A stretch of 64,000 bases of DNA, taken from NCBI GenBank assembly GCA_002189035.1, contig NEEC01000018.1, positions 2,108,001 to 2,172,000 of the forward strand, read 5' to 3'. Source of the stretch: Utricularia gibba. Its lineage: Eukaryota; Plantae; Magnoliophyta. Positions 16,201-28,800 of this stretch are shown here, piece by piece. Both the position numbers and the translations under genes were made by a program. Each line of letters starts with the position of its first letter. The first letter of the stretch is position 1. Below the pieces are notes generated by a model, which searched no databases, was not told where the DNA came from, and worked only from the letters and a program-made list of their open reading frames with translations.

Positions 16201-18375
16201 TCATTTCCCGAGTAGGAGCTCTTTTAGAGACGTCAATGGTGAAGCCAGTTCATGAGCTTGTGCATCTCTCCAGAATGTCAGCCCTGAAACAGCAACCAAT
16301 CTGTGTGTGTGTGTGTGGAATCCTAAGAGAAACAGGAAGGTTCCTGGAGAGACCAGGAAACTGACCCATCCAGCAGAGGAATCCAGCGGTTGAGGCTAGG
16401 AAGAATTCCTTGCTGATACACTCGGAGCTGTATCACACCACACACTTGAGAACAGCCATGGAACAAAGAGTGTACAGGAATGTAAAACACACACGATTAC
16501 CGGTAGAGGCATATGAGATTCCCCCACCCGTAGAAGATGGATCCCCATCCGGAACCAGTGAACCTGCAGCAAGTAGATTTGGAGTTTTCCTTACCAACAG
16601 TCAAAAAGATGCAGTAGCACAATGTAGTCACTAGCTGAACAGTGTATGACGTTTGGGAGATTAAAGGGGTGATGGGATCCGGCATACCACATCAAATCAC
16701 GAATAAACAGTGCACGAGGGAGCATGAGGCCGTTGCCGATCATGGCCAGTAGCATTGAGATAGGTGATAAGCCTTTTATGTTATCAGGACTGGCAAGATT
16801 CGTTAGCTGGAAGAAAAACTTGTCATCAGAAAGAAGAAATCCTTGAGTGTAGTGTACCGGTAAAGGAGCAAGGAGAACCATTTGTGCAACAGCCATCCAC
16901 ATGAAAAGAAGCGTTGCTGTCCAGCCTGATATTGATGCAAGAAACTCAACCCCCTTCTTAGAAAGCTTACCCAGACGGCCCTGCAAAATATTCAGCTTTA
17001 GAATTCCAAGAGGCTCAGAAGTATCTGAACCACGTAGCATGAAATCATCCAAAAACAGGCATTATTAATACGATAAAAGGAAAGATCCCTTGGATGGTTA
17101 CATAATCTGAAAGCAGTAGAGTGCCATTAGTTTCCATTGGAGGAGATTACTGCATTCAAACAAAATGCCATATATCATTCTTACCATAATTACTGCACCA
17201 AATGAAGTAAGGAAGGCTAGAACCCCGGGCAACACAGAATTTGGGACATAGGGGACCAAGGTTGACCATATGACCTACACAAATGAAAGAACTTCAGTGA
17301 GGGGATAACATTCAACATATGAAGGGAAGCCATATCGTCCATGGTTTTACTTGTGGGAGAGTAGAGAGCCCAGCTATTGCAATAAAATCCTCCCAGAAAT
17401 GCCACAGCTCCGGCTTGAGAATATTGAAGTACTTGAAAAAGTTCATTAGAAGGCCAAATGCAACTACTGCAGAAGTGATGATGAAATGAGGCAGAGGCAT
17501 AGCTTCACCCATAACCAACTGCAGCATCACTATGTATGTGGATATGACTCCTAAAGTCTGTACCACCACTGCTTCAGTTTCCCTCTTCTTAATAAAATAT
17601 GAAGAGAGAGAAAGATTCCCAAGCAATCCAGTAAGCATACCCTGCATAAGAGTGATTATAAATCTCATGCACAGCACTTAGGAAGCATTTTACGTTTTAG
17701 AAACAGATAATATTGAGAAAACACCACTGAAGTCATTTGACCAGGATAATAATATATGTTGTGCTCTTCAAATCCCAGTGTGGGGAAATTTCTCAAGAAG
17801 AGCCTGAACAAAAGTCATGTAATCAACAACACTGAACCCAAACAAAACTCCATTTACCAGCCATGGAACAGCCAGAAGAGCACTTTTGTTCCCCGCAAGA
17901 AGATTCCGAGCATTAAGTACTATTTGAGGCAGCTGCAACAGCAAAAATGGCAAGTTTGCAGCTCCTGCAAACTTCGCGGTCGTCGAATCCCATTGCTTGA
18001 ACTCATCATTTCTTTTTAGTAGCACCGGCTCCTTCATTGCATGAACGTAAACAGGATGATAATAATAAATAAATACCTTGCTATATGTGAACCTGACAGA
18101 AGGGAGTGAGCAAAATTATACACTTGAGATACCTGACCGAAGGGATTGATATCTTCCGAGCTGTAAGAGGGCAACTGTTTTACCCGGTGACAACTCGCTG
18201 ATTTTCCACAGAACAGCAACTCCTTAAAGTGATACTTGTTGAGGGCTCCCTCTAAATTTCTCCGGTCATAGGATACTGATTCTAAATTTGGACAACGATA
18301 CGGGAACAAGAAGCTGTTTGAGGGTCTATAAGCTTGAATGGGCATCTTACTCAGATGGAACACAGAGCACGCCAT
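16201..18375 (-). CDS. MEX1: Chloroplast maltose exporter, multi-exon, with transit peptide
   Basis: WDSTTAKFAGAANLPFLLLQLPQIVLNARNLLAGNKSAL, GLLGNLSLSSYFIKKRE, LLFMWMAVAQM, GNGLMLPRALFIRDLMWFTGS, FWRDA...SLKELLLGK*. Confidence 0.93.
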
Positions 18376-19802
18376 TGATTCTCGTTGAAGACGTAGAGAA
18401 CAAAATCAATGTCTGTTGAGATTTTTCAAGGCCAGATGACTAAGTACGGCATCCGGCTTAAAATTCCTCACACCACAAGTCCATTGTTGCTTGGAATAAT
18501 CCTAATTTAGACTCAGAAGCTCCCGAAAAGAGAGTGAAAACTACAACTTTGGGTGATAGGTACCAACTGACAGCAACATTATCGCTCAAAACCCCTGCAA
18601 CTTGGTCCCAGAATTGAGCATGATAAGCTATTCTTCTCGAGGGAAAGAACCTGTAAAAAGAAAATATTTAATTAAAAATGGGCAAGATAGAAAAAGAATG
18701 GTGCTTCTCGCCACCTACCTACAAAAGTCAAGACAAAGACAGGCGCTGGGAACAAGAAGGCAGTAAAAAGAAAAATATCTATCAAAATGAACGATAGTAT
18801 CAACACCGCATCCCCATCGCAAACCTGTACTACTGCAGCACTGAACTCGCCCTGCGCATTCTTACTAAGCATGAATGTAAATCGCCCGAGTCATAAGGAA
18901 AACCAGAAAAACAACTGTTCAAGATACAATTATTCTCATCTAAGGAAAATTGCGAATTATGTACATCGTTCATAATTCAAGTGGTTAAGTAAACCAAGAT
19001 TGCAGAGGGTTTGGGTAGACGATAATAACTCGTTTGAAATCTAGCTGCTCTCCTACTCTCCTTTCTTATGGATGGTTTTCCACAGTGGGTGATTTCAGTA
19101 ATAAAATGACAATCAAAAGGCAAAACTTACCAGTTACATGAAACGGCGTAAGAGCCACTGAACCTGCCCCCACGACGACACGCGTAAATGTGTCTGGCTA
19201 TTCCGAGCCCAGGTTTATTGCTCAGTGTAACCTGATCCGACGTCGGTGGAGCGTGACACATGGGCGGATCTCCGGGCAGAAGATAACCGGCGAGATTCTA
19301 TAATTGTGGCGTGTACATTTTCATCCATCAAGATCCGTGCGACCCCCCAAAAAGCATGGGTTCCATCATCACTAGCACTGCTCTGCAATTTCCTTTTTCT
19401 TTAAAAAAATTATTTTTATCTCTGCATTATAATAGTCAAAATTTTTTTTGGCCATGCAATATCTTGCTTTAATTGTGAAAATAATACGAATATTTAACAT
19501 TTTATTATAAATTTCAAATTAATTATTTTTTTATTTTAATCCCTTCAATCAAACACAATAATAAAATTTAATTTATAAAATATTTAATCTCTCTCGAGTC
19601 AGGGGCTGTGGGTTGAATTGGGCCTGAAGGGCATTTTTAGGGCACAGTTAAGCCTGATTTCGCCGGCCCAACTGAAGACGCTCTTCCTATAAGCGGGCGC
19701 AGCCGTCTTCTTCCTCTCACAGTCCACTCCAGAGTCTCTCGGCGATGGGTTTCTGATTCTTATTTTCGCTGTTTTCTCTTCTCCAGGGGTTCTTCTACGC
19801 GA

Positions 19803-19891
19803 CGGCGGTGATGATAATCTGTAGAATGTCATGCACCACTCTGATTCTCAAGAGTGATGAGAATTTCTCATACCCATAATTGTCTGAGCCG
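19803..19891 (+). ncRNA. Box C/D snoRNA, predicted guide for the 18S rRNA Gm equivalent to yeast Gm1271 / human Gm1328 (snR40/SNORD32 target)
   Basis: Terminal stem CGGC/GCCG; C box GTGATGA 19808-14; D' CTGA 19841-44; C' GTGATGA 19854-60; D CTGA 19884-87. Guide GTCATGCACCAC (19828-39) pairs 12 nt (one G:U) with 18S GUGGUGCAUGGC, and the D'+5 rule lands on the known methylated G. Confidence 0.85.
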
Positions 19892-19959
19892 TTTCCTCCG
19901 ATTTTTCTTCATCTCTTTCGATTGGTTTCTTGTCGAAGATGTTGCGTTTGAATTTAAGG

Positions 19960-20063
19960 GGAGCCAAATGATGCGATCTTCCTGTGTAAGGAAGATCTAA
20001 CCATGATGCGGACCGTACAAGCTTCACAGCTTCTGGGGATGACAATTGGTCTCTGATGGCTCC
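19960..20063 (+). ncRNA. Second box C/D snoRNA-like RNA (target not identified)
   Basis: Perfect 7-bp terminal stem GGAGCCA/TGGCTCC enclosing a C-like box ATGATGC (19968) and D box CTGA (20053); internal hairpin GATCTTCC/GGAAGATC; 68 nt downstream of the first snoRNA. Confidence 0.65.
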
Positions 20064-20178
20064 TCCTTCGAACTCGAAACTAAAAGAAAGTTTTTAGAAT
20101 TCATGTCTTTTTGAATTAGTTAGTCCCGTAAAACATGTCCGATACGATCTTCTCAATTTCTAAAGCCAACTCCAACAG

Positions 20179-21724
20179 CTACTCTGCCCAGGGGAGGAAT
20201 CCTGGATATGGGGTGCTGCCGCAGTATCTAAGCAAACTTGCAATTTCAGGACATCCCTTTGGATATGGGACTGACCTGTGAAATGGGTCACGGCCAACCC
20301 TTTTGCGGTGCAATGATCCCGAGCATCCATAAGGATCTTCTTCGAACTGCCTTCTAACCAAAGCTTCACCCTTCAGAGCTGCTTCCCTTGAATTTGGTGA
20401 GGATGGTGTCCCATGGTAGAAGAATCTGTGGGCTGGAAACCCAACAGTTGTTCGATGAAGATCGACAAATCTCTTCTCCTTGAAGTCGTACCCTACTACC
20501 TGAATGGAACATGATACATAAAAACACAAGTGTACACCTCTTGCTATGATGGAATGCCGCAGGTATGACTTACGGATATATTGTGCGGATACGAACCGGT
20601 GAGCTCCCGGAACCGGCATACACTGAAAAGGAGATTTTCGAAGCTATCTCTGGCGTGCTCTTCGGTGAGAGCTCTGCTTCTCACGCCATCACCTTTGCCT
20701 GTATTTGATCACAGTTGAACAGAAACGAGAATTCAGATGGACATGGAACTTATTGTGACTAGGTTGATAAAACCGGTGGAAGTTAAAACAAGAGTAGCAA
20801 TAGCAGATGCATATGCAAAGTGTCAACATGGCATATCCTAGATGAAGCCTGGAAACAGCATTGAAATATACTGCATTTCCCAAAAGTACTCATAGGGGGG
20901 CAAGGCTTCCTAAATGCCACTGCTGATAATAGATATGAAAAGTAATGAATTCAGTAGAGCGAATGATTAGTGAAAATCAGGCTGATGCAAATTCATCAGG
21001 CAGCACATTTACTGGGGTTTACTAAGAGCAGCATCACCTGATGTAACTTGGTCATCCCCACTAAAAAAAATCTAAAAAGATTCAATAACTTTGTAGCTAT
21101 GGAACAAAAACAGGAAAGGTTTAGTTCCTTACCAAACCATCCCTTCGCCTCCGCAACCATCCAGTAACTTTGAGCTTCGCTCCGTGGCCCGGCATCTTTC
21201 CTAGTCTCTCCCCCACTGAACAACAGCAATGCTAACTCATCACTGGCTGCAATCTCCACCCCCTTCTGTATATGAGTAACAAAAGATGCAGCTTGACCCT
21301 TATGCTTCTGATAGGGCTCCAGATACCACGAATCCTCCATATCCACCTTCTCACAAGTGCTACTCACATATACTGAATGACCTGCTACCATTACAAGATT
21401 CTTAAAGTTAGCAAAAGGATAACTTCCTTCATCAGCCTCCACACTCCACAAAGAAGACATCATCCTTAAACCCCCATCGTATATGGAAAATATAATGATC
21501 ACCGTTATCCCAACTATCAGAATCATCGAAATAAGGAACATTGGGTGAAGGTTGTAATAATTCCCGATCCTGTTTCCCACTGATTTGATCATCATAACAG
21601 TGCTTCTCTTAGGCTTCCTTGACTTTTTAGAGATTCTTCCAGATTCCAAGTCAAAATCTCCTCGCGAATAAGCCTGGAACGACAATGCGCTGTTGCTTGA
21701 TCCAGACGTGTAACTATTCTTCAT
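20179..21724 (-). CDS. Conserved membrane-anchored DUF218-like (Rossmann-like fold) protein, 3 exons
   Basis: TM segment, LVMVAGHSVY, LLFSGGETRKDAGPRSEAQSYW, ALTEEHARDSFENLLFSVCRF, YDFKEKRFVDLHR, RDPFHRSVPYPKGCPE. Confidence 0.88.
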
Positions 21725-22275
21725 AGAATATAAAGAATCTCAGGTCAAAGCGTTCGGAGAACGCAAGAAGAAGGATCCAGAAAATCGCACCAGAAGTAAG
21801 AAGGGTGGATCGGAAATCAAGAATCACAGCACACCAACATCCAACCACGGAAATTCCCATACCCAGAATTCACTCCGGACAGCGGGCGGCATCCCGTAGT
21901 GGAATTCGAAGGAAGACGTTCGACGGAATTTTGGCCGATCGCAGAATCAAATGGGTCAATTTCCGAATAATAAATATAATATTCATGTAATTCATGCGAA
22001 ATTGGTAAAAATTATCCTGCTTTAAACAGTAATTTGGACCACCTTTGTACTTGATACTATTAATGTTCGGACAGCGACAGCCATCCTATGTGTTTTTTTT
22101 TCAAATGCGAACTGCCACATGTCAATGAAGAAATTATTTAATTCACCTAACCCTCCTCAATGCCTAAACAACGAGGAAACTTAAATTAGTATTAAAATAA
22201 AATAAATAATTTTTTAATCGTGAATATTTATAAATAAAACATGATATTTCATTATATTTAAATTGAAAATAAAAG

Positions 22276-22788
22276 CTAGCCAGAAAAATCGAAACTCCAA
22301 TTGTTACTAAACAGCGGTTGATCAACATCATCATCATGCCACACCAACTCATAATCTCGAACCTGGGCCGTCGATTCCTGATATCCAAAATCCGCGAAAT
22401 CTACGCCCTTCGATTGCTTCGAGGATTCTCCTTCGTCCTGGCCGTCGATTTTCACATCCCACGTGTCCGCCTTGCCGCCGTCGATCGCCCATGAAGATAC
22501 CGGGATATTTACCGGCGTCACCGTGAAGACACCCTGATCGACTGCGGAGGGGACATCTTTCTTCGCGGTGCGTCGGCTTTTCCGGCAGCCTCCTCCGACC
22601 GGTACGTTCCTGAGGGCGCCCCCTTTGGTCCAATACCGTCGGCAGGACTTGCAAAAGTAGCGCGGCTGTGAGAGGCTGTAGTTGTTGAAGTAGCAGAATT
22701 TGGTGTTCGGCGAGGCGCAGCGTGGGCAGGTCGGAGCCGACTCCGCACCGATCGGCCTCCGATTCGCCCCGCCGGTGAAACTCGCCAT
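22276..22788 (-). CDS. Dof zinc-finger transcription factor, single exon, 170 aa
   Basis: [50 protein letters not shown]. Confidence 0.96.
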   Translation of the reverse strand: MASFTGGANRRPIGAESAPTCPRCASPNTKFCYFNNYSLSQPRYFCKSCRRYWTKGGALRNVPVGGGCRKSRRTAKKDVPSAVDQGVFTVTPVNIPVSSWAIDGGKADTWDVKIDGQDEGESSKQSKGVDFADFGYQESTAQVRDYELVWHDDDVDQPLFSNNWSFDFSG

Positions 22789-23821
22789 GGCACTAAAAAA
22801 CACTTTATGAGACGCTGCCGCTGTTCGTTCGTATTCATTATATAGAGGGAGATGGGTTCAGTTGGCTGGTCATACTGCTGCCTCATCCTCCACATAATTA
22901 CACGACCCAGCGCCGCATTTAGAATGTAATCCTGTTTAGGATGCCATAAATGTGATTAACGAATTAATTAATTACGTAATACTTTCTCCCGTACGCAGAA
23001 AATAGTCAAGAATAACATGAATCGCAAGAAAGAGAATGCCCACACTTGCTAATTGTAGAGTATTCCGGAGGCCGAGGGCGACAAATGGGGAAATGCAGTG
23101 GGGGATTAGCAGTTGATTAAATAAATTAATCAGGGGGAGGGGTGATTTCGTAATTGAGCCTTGGGGATGGGTGGGCTTTGAAAGAGCCACATGGGGTGTT
23201 TAGGGTCGCTGTCAATGCAGGCCCCACCCAGCAAATGCAATACAACAACATCCTTCCCCTCACGACTCAAATGATGCCCGAAATGCCCTGCCCCACTCCT
23301 CCATCTTCTCTCTCTCCCTCCACCAGTAACGGTTTATTACATGGTGTAAAATGATTATATAATTTTTTAATAACATTTTTCAAAGGATTTGATGATTTAA
23401 AAGAATTTGGTTATCAAATACAAATAAATTCTATTATAAAAAATTAAAAAGTTTAGAAGAGTTTTTTATTTTTTAAAATACAAAATTTGAATTTCTAATT
23501 TTTTAGAAATACTGTTTAAAAATTTTGAAAACTTGTGTCAAATGGAATTTAAAAATATTTAATAAGGATAATACTATTTTAAACATGTATTTATAAAATT
23601 TATATATTAAATATGTTATTAATTTAATTAGATTATATGAGTTTATAAAAAATATAAATAATTAAATACATTATTATCATATCCATATTGGATAAATAAT
23701 TAAACCAAATTCTTGAATTATTATTATTTTAGTAAATTATTTCGTTCTTGGTGATATGGACTTGGGCTGCTATTTAAGCAAGGGCTTTTACTTGGGGAGG
23801 CGTCATTGACGAGAAAGGAAA

Positions 23822-24911
23822 ATGGGGAGCGAAGAGGAGAGCGCGGTGAAGGAGCCTCTGGATCTCATCCGGCTCAGTCTGGACGAGCGTATATACGTCA
23901 AGCTTCGTCACGATAGGGAGCTGCGCGGCAAACTTCACGTTATTTTCTTCATTCCTTTCTCTGGCTAACTCTCTCGGTTGCTTATCTTGTCGCTGTAGTG
24001 TACGCGTTTTTGTTTTTCGTTTTTCGGAATTTAGAGAATGTGATGTTACTTCCTAGTTTCAATTCGTAATTTCAGGCTCAGAATCCAGAATTGCGTTAGT
24101 ATTCCGCTTTTCGTTTTCAACTGCTGTTGTTTGTTTTGCTTACTAGGTTTTCATCGTGAATCCGATTGTTTCCTGTTATTCACTTATTTATTAATTTTTT
24201 GTTCTGTACATTCTTTGGTGGAGGTTTCTGCTACTTTTTTTTTTCAGGTGTGTATTTCAGCTAGTTACCTCTTGCGTTTTAGAATGTTGCATCTGAGTAT
24301 TCTGAAGAGCAATTCAGATTCTATTTTCTGTACTATAATTTTGGCAATGAGAAAGATTAGGAAAGATGATGATTCGTTTTTAAAAAGATACCGTGTGTTT
24401 TTCGTTCTTGCAGGCGTACGACCAGCATTTGAATATGATTCTTGGTGATGTTGAAGAGATTATAACGACAGTGGAGATAGATGATGAAACTTACGAGGAA
24501 ATTGTCAGGGTATGCTACTCCATTTCTTCTTGTTTGATGGCACTGTTTCCTCATATTCCCAAGTGTAAAGCGTTGTGTATCGCTGCAGCAGTTAATTAAA
24601 TAGTGATTTGCGTATGCTCAAAGTTCCATAAACCCGAGAACTGAGATGTTAATGTAGTATGATTTTGTTACACACTGTTGAACTGCTGCCGTGCTTCTGA
24701 TTCAAGGGTGAACCCAAAGTGTAGACACAAGCACACGTCAGCCATCTCGTTTTGTATTTCATGCTGGCTGCGTCTCATTGTTCTGGTTAACGTCATTGGT
24801 TGGTTATATTGGTCTCGTTTTGTCTTGCAGACAACCAGGCGTAATGTTCCCTTCCTGTTTGTGAGAGGAGATGGTGTCATATTGGTCTCGCCTCCACTGC
24901 GGACTGCCTAA
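23822..24911 (+). CDS. LSM3: Sm-like protein LSM3, 97 aa; exons 23822-23938, 24414-24509, 24831-24911
   Basis: [45 protein letters not shown]...[31 protein letters not shown]. Confidence 0.96.
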
Positions 24912-25825
24912 CGCTGAAAAAACTGCTGTTTTTCTTATAGCAGGGATCGAAGTGTCGTCTTGGTAAGCCTTTTTTCCATGATCTCTGGGTGGGTTTTGGT
25001 GGACATTCTTGCTTTCGTAATGCATCTAGAAATCGAATTTTCCCGGGTTGTCCAGCACTTGTCATGAAGTCATTTTATTTCTAGATAGATAGGTTCATTT
25101 CTTCGTGAAATAGTTGGCATGAATGGTCTGCTCTGCCGGGTTTTTTTACTTGCGGTGCACGGAAACTCGGTGTTTGAGACTAATGGATCGTTCTGGTGCA
25201 AGTGTTGTGTTTATAGCTACTTGTTTTGTGTTGGCAGATTTTATCTAGAGTCATATTTGTTTAGTTCAATTAGAAAACTGATCATTTTGACACATGTTAG
25301 GAAAAATTGAATATTACTTGATGTTTTAAAAATGGATTTAACATTTTCGATGGATCTGGATTGTGTTTTAATTATTTGTATAGTGATTTGAATTTAGTTC
25401 AATACTTTTAATTATATTTTAAAATATATGAATTATTTTTTTAATAACTTTATTTTGTTATTCAATTTAGTGGTAATATGGACTGATTCGGATTTAATTT
25501 CGAATAGAATATAAAAATTGTCATTAAGTTTTAATCATGGGGTGATGCCTATTTTTCAAAATGATTCTATTTTTTTCCTGTAAATACAAAGAGCCACGTG
25601 CATTGAAACAAGTGGCCGCTAGGAAAGTTTAAAGTGCGCGTCGATAAAAACGGTTCATGTACATGTACATAATCGAACACACATTCATTAATATCCCACG
25701 AAAAGGTTGAAACGTAAGCAATGCCAACACAAAACTGTAAAGAAATGTAGTCGTTTGATGTGCTCAAAGCGACAATTTATAAATCAAGGAAATTTGTGGA
25801 AGAGGAGAAGGGGTATATCGATACT

Positions 25826-28800
25826 TCACCTGCGTCTGTGCCTGGGGGAATTGTAAGACGGCTGTGGGCTTCTGTAAGTTCTACTGGGCGAACTCGTCAT
25901 CGATCCTCTGAACGAGGCGTACGCAGCCTTGGCAGATTCAGGCACTGAATCTAATGGAAGCGTCTCCACGAAGCAGGCGGCGTTGATTCGCGTCCTTTCC
26001 AGCTCTCCCTGTAGAAGCTCCGAACTGTATTGCTGTGCAAGAGCCTGTTACAAATAAACCATACAGAGTGAGCGGATAACAGCATCAGATTCGCAAAGTA
26101 ACATCAAGATTAAACGCAAAATATAATTACAATCAGGTCATCTGGCGACACGCTTGATCCCGACTGCCTGTCATCAAGCACATCGTCGCTTCCGCGAGTT
26201 GGCCGCCCCTGGTGGCTCGGAGTATCTGCAGATTCACCCACGGTTTCTATTGCCTTTTCCAACAGGACTTCTTGAAGGGACTTCAAAGACTCCCTCGCAT
26301 CATGCGTGAAATAGGGATTCAGAATGGTCTCAAAATATTCAAGCTGCCAAACCAACAGTACACATAATCAAAACGCTGAATAACTACTCCCAGGATTCGT
26401 GATGGCGCTTCTTCATCTCCCATGACCAATAAACAGCCTTGCAGAAATAAATGAATTTACCACACGGCCGCGACTTACCTCGAGCATCAGCTGAGAATAC
26501 CCATTAGGGTCCAATGCATTCAGCTTCGTGTCTATGTTTTCATTAAACAGAGAAAGCAGTATATCGATTAGGCCTTCGACAAGGATGCCGAGTGTCTTGT
26601 CTAACAGTGGTTTACAGCCAGCGAACACCTGCAAGGAAAATGATGTTTTACATATGGCAGACCGCATGTGGACATGAATATCGCATGTGGGAAAACACGG
26701 CGTTCAGTTTCATCAAGTGGACGTGTACCTCTGCATGAACAGCCACCAAAGTATGGAGTAAGTCAACGGCTGCATCCCTCACACCCTACAAGAAAAAAGA
26801 TAATGTTTTAAGGAAATTACAAATACTGAACAGATGAATGGCGAAGACGAGAATGAACTCCACTTTGACTGCAGGCGCTGCCCCCCACTGGACTCCAGCA
26901 TCCAGTAAGTAATTAATAGCAGCGGACTTTATTAAATTTGTCTGGAACAAAAAAAATAATGTTAACATCTAACCAGGAAAAAGCAAAAACTTGAAGACCC
27001 AATGAAACTATTTCCCAAAGAGGAGAGGACGGGGGTGAATTTTTATTCATAGCGAAAAACTACCTTAGCAAGAGTATACTGTTCAAGGACCTTCTCTTCA
27101 AGCCCGGAGAAGGATAAAATAAGATCTTTCATATCATCATCTTCCTCATCATTGGCCCTGCGTTCGCAATAAAAGAAACAGCATCGACGGAATTAGGTTG
27201 CTTGTGATTGAGAAAACAGTTCTCCACCTTGAAGAATTCTGTAATTCGTATAGGAGTGAGATGATTTATGTCTACCTGGACTGCATCCACAGAATCTTGT
27301 ATTTTCCATACAACTCAGGAGCAAGTTCATCTTTGCAATATCCGATATTACTAAGGACCATTAGTAGCTGTTTATGTGGGTCGACAATACTACCAGGAAG
27401 AGGATCTGCTCTCTCCTCATGAGTATAGCCGTTCTGAAGGCTAGAGGTTCCCATATTTGACTTGTTCTTCGTAAGCTTTGAGCCAATATGTTCCAAAAAT
27501 CCTGAAAAGAGTCGGTGTGGTAAGCATTTCTTACAACTGTTTTACTCAGACACATTTTGTGAAACAAACATGCATCATACCTGCAAAATCCAGTAAACAG
27601 TTCAAAAATGCTAGCCTAACAGGTTCCCGAATTTCTTGAAGCTGAGCATGAATATCCTCAGATTTTTCTGATTCAATTTGCAAAGAATGAAGAATCCTGA
27701 AAAAATTCAGGAAAATTAAGTATTTATAATATAAAAAGGAGATGAGCCACGTGACGCTAAACAAAACATGAAAGAGACACAAAAAATTTAGTTTCAGATT
27801 ACTTGTAAGGGCCATGCTTGACGATGAGCAAAACAAAAACGAAACAGCAAAACTCACGCTTTTATTTGATCCATTGCCAGGATGGAAACTGAACGGCATG
27901 CAAGAGGCAGTGCTGAAATGGCATATGGCGATTTGTTTCTTTCCAAAATGGAAACAGGCAGCCATCTTTCATGATTTGCTATCTCTTCTGCTGATGTGCG
28001 CATCCATGAACAAAGCCTGAGTACATAGATCTTTGAGGCCTCAAATTCAAGCACCCTTAAAACGGAGGCTGCAATTCAGAAAATTTATTCTTAGAAAGGT
28101 CCTCCGGTTGAGATTGTGATTATTCAGTCTCTTTGATCTAAGATTTACCAGCAACTGGAGGCGCAGATTCTTTTATTTCAAAAGCCCGTTTTGCCTTTGA
28201 GATCTCTGAAATAGCATTGTCCATGTACGGCCCAAGAATATCAGATTCTTCGAGCTCATGAAATGTACTAAGAACCTGCAAGCAATATATCAAATTAAAA
28301 AGGATGTTAGTGAACCTGTCATGCCACAAAACTCAAACATTCACAAAGGCCTAAGGCTGGCTTAGGATACATTTTTATTACTGATGGACATGAATCCCTT
28401 TGGAAATAAGAAATCCTCACATAAGGTGGACACAACATATTTACCTTAGACTCATAGAGTGACAAAGTACTGCTTATCATCCCTGTAACTTCATCAAGAG
28501 AATCCTTGACTTTATCCTCAGATTTATTTATTGAATTATTGGGACTTGGTTCTGCAGCCACCTGTGATGACTGAAAAAGGAAACGAATAATAAAAACAAA
28601 TGAGTCTTAACAATTTTTTGGAACCATGTCCATCAGGAAAAGTGCACACAACAGGACTGGCCTGGACATCACCTTCGTGAATTTCCCACTAGAAACTGAA
28701 AGTGCCACTTTCCAGAAGACGGGTACATGATGGACAAGTACTGCAGTCAGTTTATGGATATATCTACCCCGAAGAGCATCAAGCTTTTCATTCGTCATGC

